Of a DNA stretch of 40,246 bases, positions 35,700 to 40,246 are shown in pieces (position 1 is the first letter of the stretch; each line of letters starts with the position of its first letter). The position numbers and the translations under genes were made by a program. The stretch spans positions 1 through 40,246 of the forward strand of contig CAJVPI010000239.1 of NCBI GenBank assembly GCA_910592345.1. The letters run 5' to 3'. A model generated the notes under the pieces. It searched no databases, was not told the DNA's origin, and saw only the letters and a program-made list of their open reading frames with translations. The stretch comes from Paraglomus brasilianum (lineage: Eukaryota).

Positions 35700-35990
35700 G
35701 CCGTTCACCTGGTCAATGGTGATCTGCCCCCAAAATACAGGAAATACTGCTTACAATGCACAGCCGAACAAAGGCCACTGTCGCATATCACCCTGCCAAG
35801 TATACCAACCTGTGTATCGGATATGAGGAAACATTGGAACACATGTTTTCCAAATGTGTAAGGATTAAATCCTTCATGAACGAAATCCGATCAATGACCC
35901 TTTTCCATAAAGACAGGCAGAAGAGATACTTAATGGCATAGTAGTTGCATTGTCCTGTGGAGCAACTTGATCAAACGTGTAGCTGAACGT
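35700..35990 (+). mobile_element. 3' fragment of a non-LTR retrotransposon ORF2 (zf-RVT region)
   Basis: DLPPKYRK and LCIGYEETLEHMFSKC..IKSF, matching the C..ET..H....C zinc knuckle of L1/Tx1-type elements; frameshifted. Confidence 0.55.
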
Positions 35991-37142
35991 GAGCAAAGAA
36001 CAGCAGCAACAATAGGATATACCACAAAATTTTGAAGACAATAGATATCGCAAACGGCGTTTACCTCTTGATCAATATCTCTATGCTCGTGCAGCCGTAA
36101 TTCGAAGCAATCAGCTATTGATTATTTCGTCAATAAAGTTAATTCGAACATAGCTAGAATAATCAAATCGTAGCGTAAAACACAGTCCAAAAAAGTACTC
36201 GTTCCAACTGAGGCGATGCTAAAATACAAAACAATTATTAATTGTTTTTGGAAAGGATCGGCCCATTATTCTCGCAGTAGTAAATATTTATATTATCAAA
36301 TTAATAGACAAACTGCGTAAGCATAATATAAAAAAATGAAGACATGTTAGCATTTATTAGTATTTAGTGAACCGGTTTCATGCATGGGAATGAAATATAA
36401 GATTGGTTTACTTTCATCAACGAGCTAATTCAAATAATCATGACCGAGTGTAAACATTAACTTCTTGCGAAAGGTTGGCATCTACTAGATTCGATAACTC
36501 CTACACCTATTAACGTTCACAATACATTTTGGCATGGTTAAAAATTTAAATATTTTAAGCTTATCTGAAATCTGGTGTTTGATATAAATAGAACAGAAAG
36601 TAACTAAATTGGGAAAAGGTTTAGAGATTGAGCATAGACATATTTTTCTTGGTTTAAATGGCTATTATTGTTATTTGACAGATTTAGTCTATCATGTTGT
36701 CTGTATTACACGTACATATCCGCCAGTTAAAATTAAACTTGGGATTCCTTTAACGATATGGTACTTACAATGCCATCAATCATATGATCGATACTAGTAG
36801 GAATACAAAGTGAACCCGTTATAACGAAGAGGGCGGTGCCATTAGTATTACTGTATTAGTAAAAAATACTGGAAAATTCGGTTTAAACGAGAGTTTGAAC
36901 TATGCCACCAATGACTTTGAAGATTGTAAGCACGTATACCCAACTAATAATTCCGACTGTCTTACTCGAACCACGAGCAAAACTATTGAAAGTCGGGCGG
37001 AGAGGAGACCCAACAACAATTGAGTCGCTATCTTTATGTCTTTGCTAGAGAGACAAGAAAATGCAGGTTAGTCTATATCAACATAACTAATATAGAATGT
37101 ATACTAACGCGCGCGAAAACACTTTTCTGTAGACGTTTCATC

Positions 37143-37169
37143 ACCATCTTTACCATCTTTACCATCTTT
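37143..37169. repeat. 9-bp tandem repeat x3
   Basis: (accatcttt)3. Confidence 0.8.
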
Positions 37170-37622
37170 GGTTGGCCATGAGAAATAGAGTCGCAACAGC
37201 CTAAGTATAAAACATTAGTACGTTTTTACAATTGTGCACAAGTAACAAGTAACTCGCCACCATGTGATCCAAAGACTAAAGAAAACATCCCAGCCATTAC
37301 AGAAATACGCGGCTCCGAGGAGCGCATCAAAGTCTGTTACGTCGGAAGATTTTATTTCCTTGCGCTAATTCTCAAATGTCATGTCGATTTATAAAAAATG
37401 ACCATTAATTTAGTGACATTGACAAAACGAGCGCGCAATTTGTTTCTGACACACGTATAAAACATTATTATTAGATAAATAATTAGCACACATTACATCA
37501 ATTGTATTAGATCATTTTAAAAATTCAATATTATACAGAGAAACATCTAAAAATGTCTGTAGAAGAGTCTAAATATAAACCAATTAATTTCCCCAATCAT
37601 TGATTGGCACGTACCCGAAAAC

Positions 37623-39950
37623 TTATTCAGCATCTGCTCCATCTTCCCAGACAATCTTCAAAAAAACTTCCTCTAGACTGGGGGATCAAAAGAATGGACG
37701 ACAGTTAGTTTCTGTCTTCTTTAATGTAAAAAAAAAACTTGTGTAAAACTTACGTTGTTTGACTCGAACCCCAATCATTCACACCATAATATCTTTTATT
37801 GCGCTCAATTCGTTTGAATAGTTGAGAAATCAATCCAGGCTCTGGTAAGAATTCGTTACATTTGTAAATGACGGCCTTCTTGCTGTTGGTGGAAGTAATG
37901 ACTCGATGAAGCTAAGAAAAGCATCAAAAGTCAAGTTAAACTAAATCTGTATTTATCATCACACGCCGCCATAACATAACAATACCCAACATACCCAATA
38001 GCTCTTCCCATGTTCGCCGCTTGACCCGAGAAGCTCAATTTAAACCCTCAGCCATACTTCTTAATTGCGGTCCAATACATCTTAACGTTCCTTGGGCCAT
38101 AATTCTAACCTTTTGACAGAGAACTTCTGCCTCTTCCATCGAATGCGTGGTCAATATGATCGTTCGTCCAGTTTTCGCCTCGATGATATCCCGGATCAAG
38201 TCCGGAGTGAGTTCATCCAAAAAAGACAACAGCTGGATCCCCAACAAATGCTATCGCTATGGACGTTTTTCACCGCCGCGAGTAAGACGATTTTCGAATG
38301 GTACTAGACGCACGCGGTCTAATGATTCTATCACCGTTGCACATTCCTGACTCGAAGGCACGGCCGTAGAACAGCAAGTGCTCGCCCACTGTCAAATAAT
38401 CCCAAAGAATATAATGTTGAGGACATATTCCTATGCTCATGTAGACTTGTTTCCTTTGGGTCTTGATATCAAAGCCATTGAGAATTGCGTAGCCTTTTGT
38501 TGTTGGATAGAGACCGTCAAAATGCCGAGAAGCGTTGTCTTACCTAAATATAAAGGAGAAACGAAATTATTATCAAAATCAAGCAAATAAATATGTAAAG
38601 CCTCTCTTTCTCTTCCCATTATACGCACCAACGCCGTTAGGACCCAATAATTCAAAAATCATGTTTTATTCGACAGCAAACGTTACACCTTTGATGGCCA
38701 ACTTTCCGTTCGGGTATTCTTTGCGTATTCTCTTTATAAGCAATGGGGAATCTAATAGAAACTGGTTTTCTAAAACCCTGCGCCGCCGCTCTTCTCGGAC
38801 GTCATCGTTTTACGTCAGTCCTGTTTTGTTTCGCCTATTCCTTTCTGAATAACCATGGTTTTCCTTTATCGTCCTCGGATGAGCACTTGAGACAAGTACC
38901 ACGTAACTAAAGATCCATCTGATCCGTGCTGTAAAGATCCATTACCTGACGGATCTCGTTGACAATGCTGAAAGCGTGGTAAAATGCAAAAGGAGGCCAC
39001 GTCAAGTAAGCGATGATGTCGTAGTGAAAATTGACTGTTGTCAAGTTAATAATTACGCCGCTGATAAAAATAACGCATGACATCAGTACGGGTCTTGTTG
39101 AATATTACCGAAAAAAGAAAGCAGCCCCAATATTCATCGATGACTCCATAGATATGGCATGACACAAAACCCGGCTGTTACAACTGCACTCACGTTAGTG
39201 GATTGAAGGAACGCGGTATTCAATTGCGATCGTTGGATCACTCTCCGCAAACCGTGGAATACTCTGGGCAATGCGATCATTGCATTGTATAGCTCCATAC
39301 TTTTGAAATTGGATTAACCTCCCCAAGGCACGCATATAGGCCAATTACGGTTGATTATCTACTAGTGTAGCGTCTTCCCCTCCAACAAGAGGTGGTATGT
39401 TTAATTTCGCCACGCCCTCGAGTGTGGATCCGCTAGTTCGTTCATCTTATTATCATTGACCTTTGCATATAATGGTACTGTACGAGAGCTTCTACTTCAT
39501 GTAAGATGGTTTTGCGGTCTCAGGCATCATATTAATATTTGGTTTAAACATTCGTGTTCGAGACCAGAGATTTTTGGTAGGGGAGATAGCTAGCACTGGC
39601 AAAATACCTACTAAATATGGGGGTAACCCCTAAATATGGTAGGGGAAGTACTGATCCTGGAAAAGAAGTTAAGCGTTACACACACATCGCATGGGTTATT
39701 AGTGTTGTAGAATGCTTCGTAATTGAAACTTCTTATTCGAACGATGTCCTTAGTTCCAGGGGTTAATAATCCAGCGATTGACAACTTGGTTCAGGAAAGT
39801 AGATATGCATACTCAAAACTCGGATGGATTCCTTGCTCTGAATTCACCAACATAGAGCCAACTCAAATTGACAATGTCTACAACGCTACTCGCAAATACA
39901 CACTAGACGGTAAAGTCGTTGAAAGCATGATAATGCTTCTATGCCTTGGA
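37623..39950 (-). pseudogene. ABCA-subfamily transporter pseudogene
   Basis: EYPNGKLAIKGVTFAVE*NMIFELLGPNGVG; GKTTLLGILT; FLDELT; GRTIILTTHSMEEAEVLCQKVRIMAQGTLRCIG; C-terminal SLEEVFLKIV..DAE* with introns retained. Many stops, deletions and frameshifts. 5' limit uncertain; may include an exon at about 40006-40208. Confidence 0.85.
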
Positions 39951-40246
39951 AATGATGAGACATGTACACAAACACTTGTTAGTGAGTTTGCCAGAATATA
40001 CTCACTTCCGACACACAAGTACAATGATGTTAATCAGTTCAGAAGACATTCCACATGGCTTCACTATCGCAACTGCTTGATAGAAGGATTTACCGAATAT
40101 AATAACAACGATTACATGGTTGCCGATAAACGCTTTTACCATTGTTACTCTCGGTATGGTTTCTGCTCCGCATGTGGAATACTCCGATGTAGTCCCGTGT
40201 GGTGCATCTGTGGACATAAACAATTATCAGATGGATGGACTAGCAA

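Noticed and set aside
36803..36895. pogo-like TIR fragment (gtgaacccgttataacga)
   Set aside because: Single short match with no partner end.
37000..37330. Intron-like signals (TACTAAC / TACTAAT with AG) on both strands
   Set aside because: No coherent ORF results on either strand.

Overview
AT-rich, intron-containing eukaryotic DNA. The gene families (TKL kinase, BTB/POZ, Ecl1, DUF3712-type repeats, ABCA, PIF1/Helitron relics) and short GT-AG introns point to an early-diverging fungus, probably Glomeromycotina (inference). Five apparently intact genes: an intronless 7TM GPCR-like protein (1344-2429, -), an Ecl1-family protein (16707-17243, -), a 7-exon, 312-aa gene fusing an HDX-like homeodomain to an HMG box (19659-21016, -; largely missed by the ORF track), a 4-exon, 1369-aa membrane-anchored DUF3712-like repeat protein with internal kexin-like sites (25119-29574, +), and a 2-exon BTB/POZ protein (30549-31900, +). 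Between them lie pseudogenes (TKL kinase, ABCA transporter) and TE relics (pogo/Tigger, PIF1/Helitron, IS630/Tc1-like, LINE, several MITE/foldback elements). The most interesting items are the homeodomain-HMG fusion gene, a ~100-bp two-copy element with GC..AG ends inserted in the kinase APE motif, and the polyprotein-like DUF3712 gene. All family assignments are from motif recognition by eye; no searches were run.
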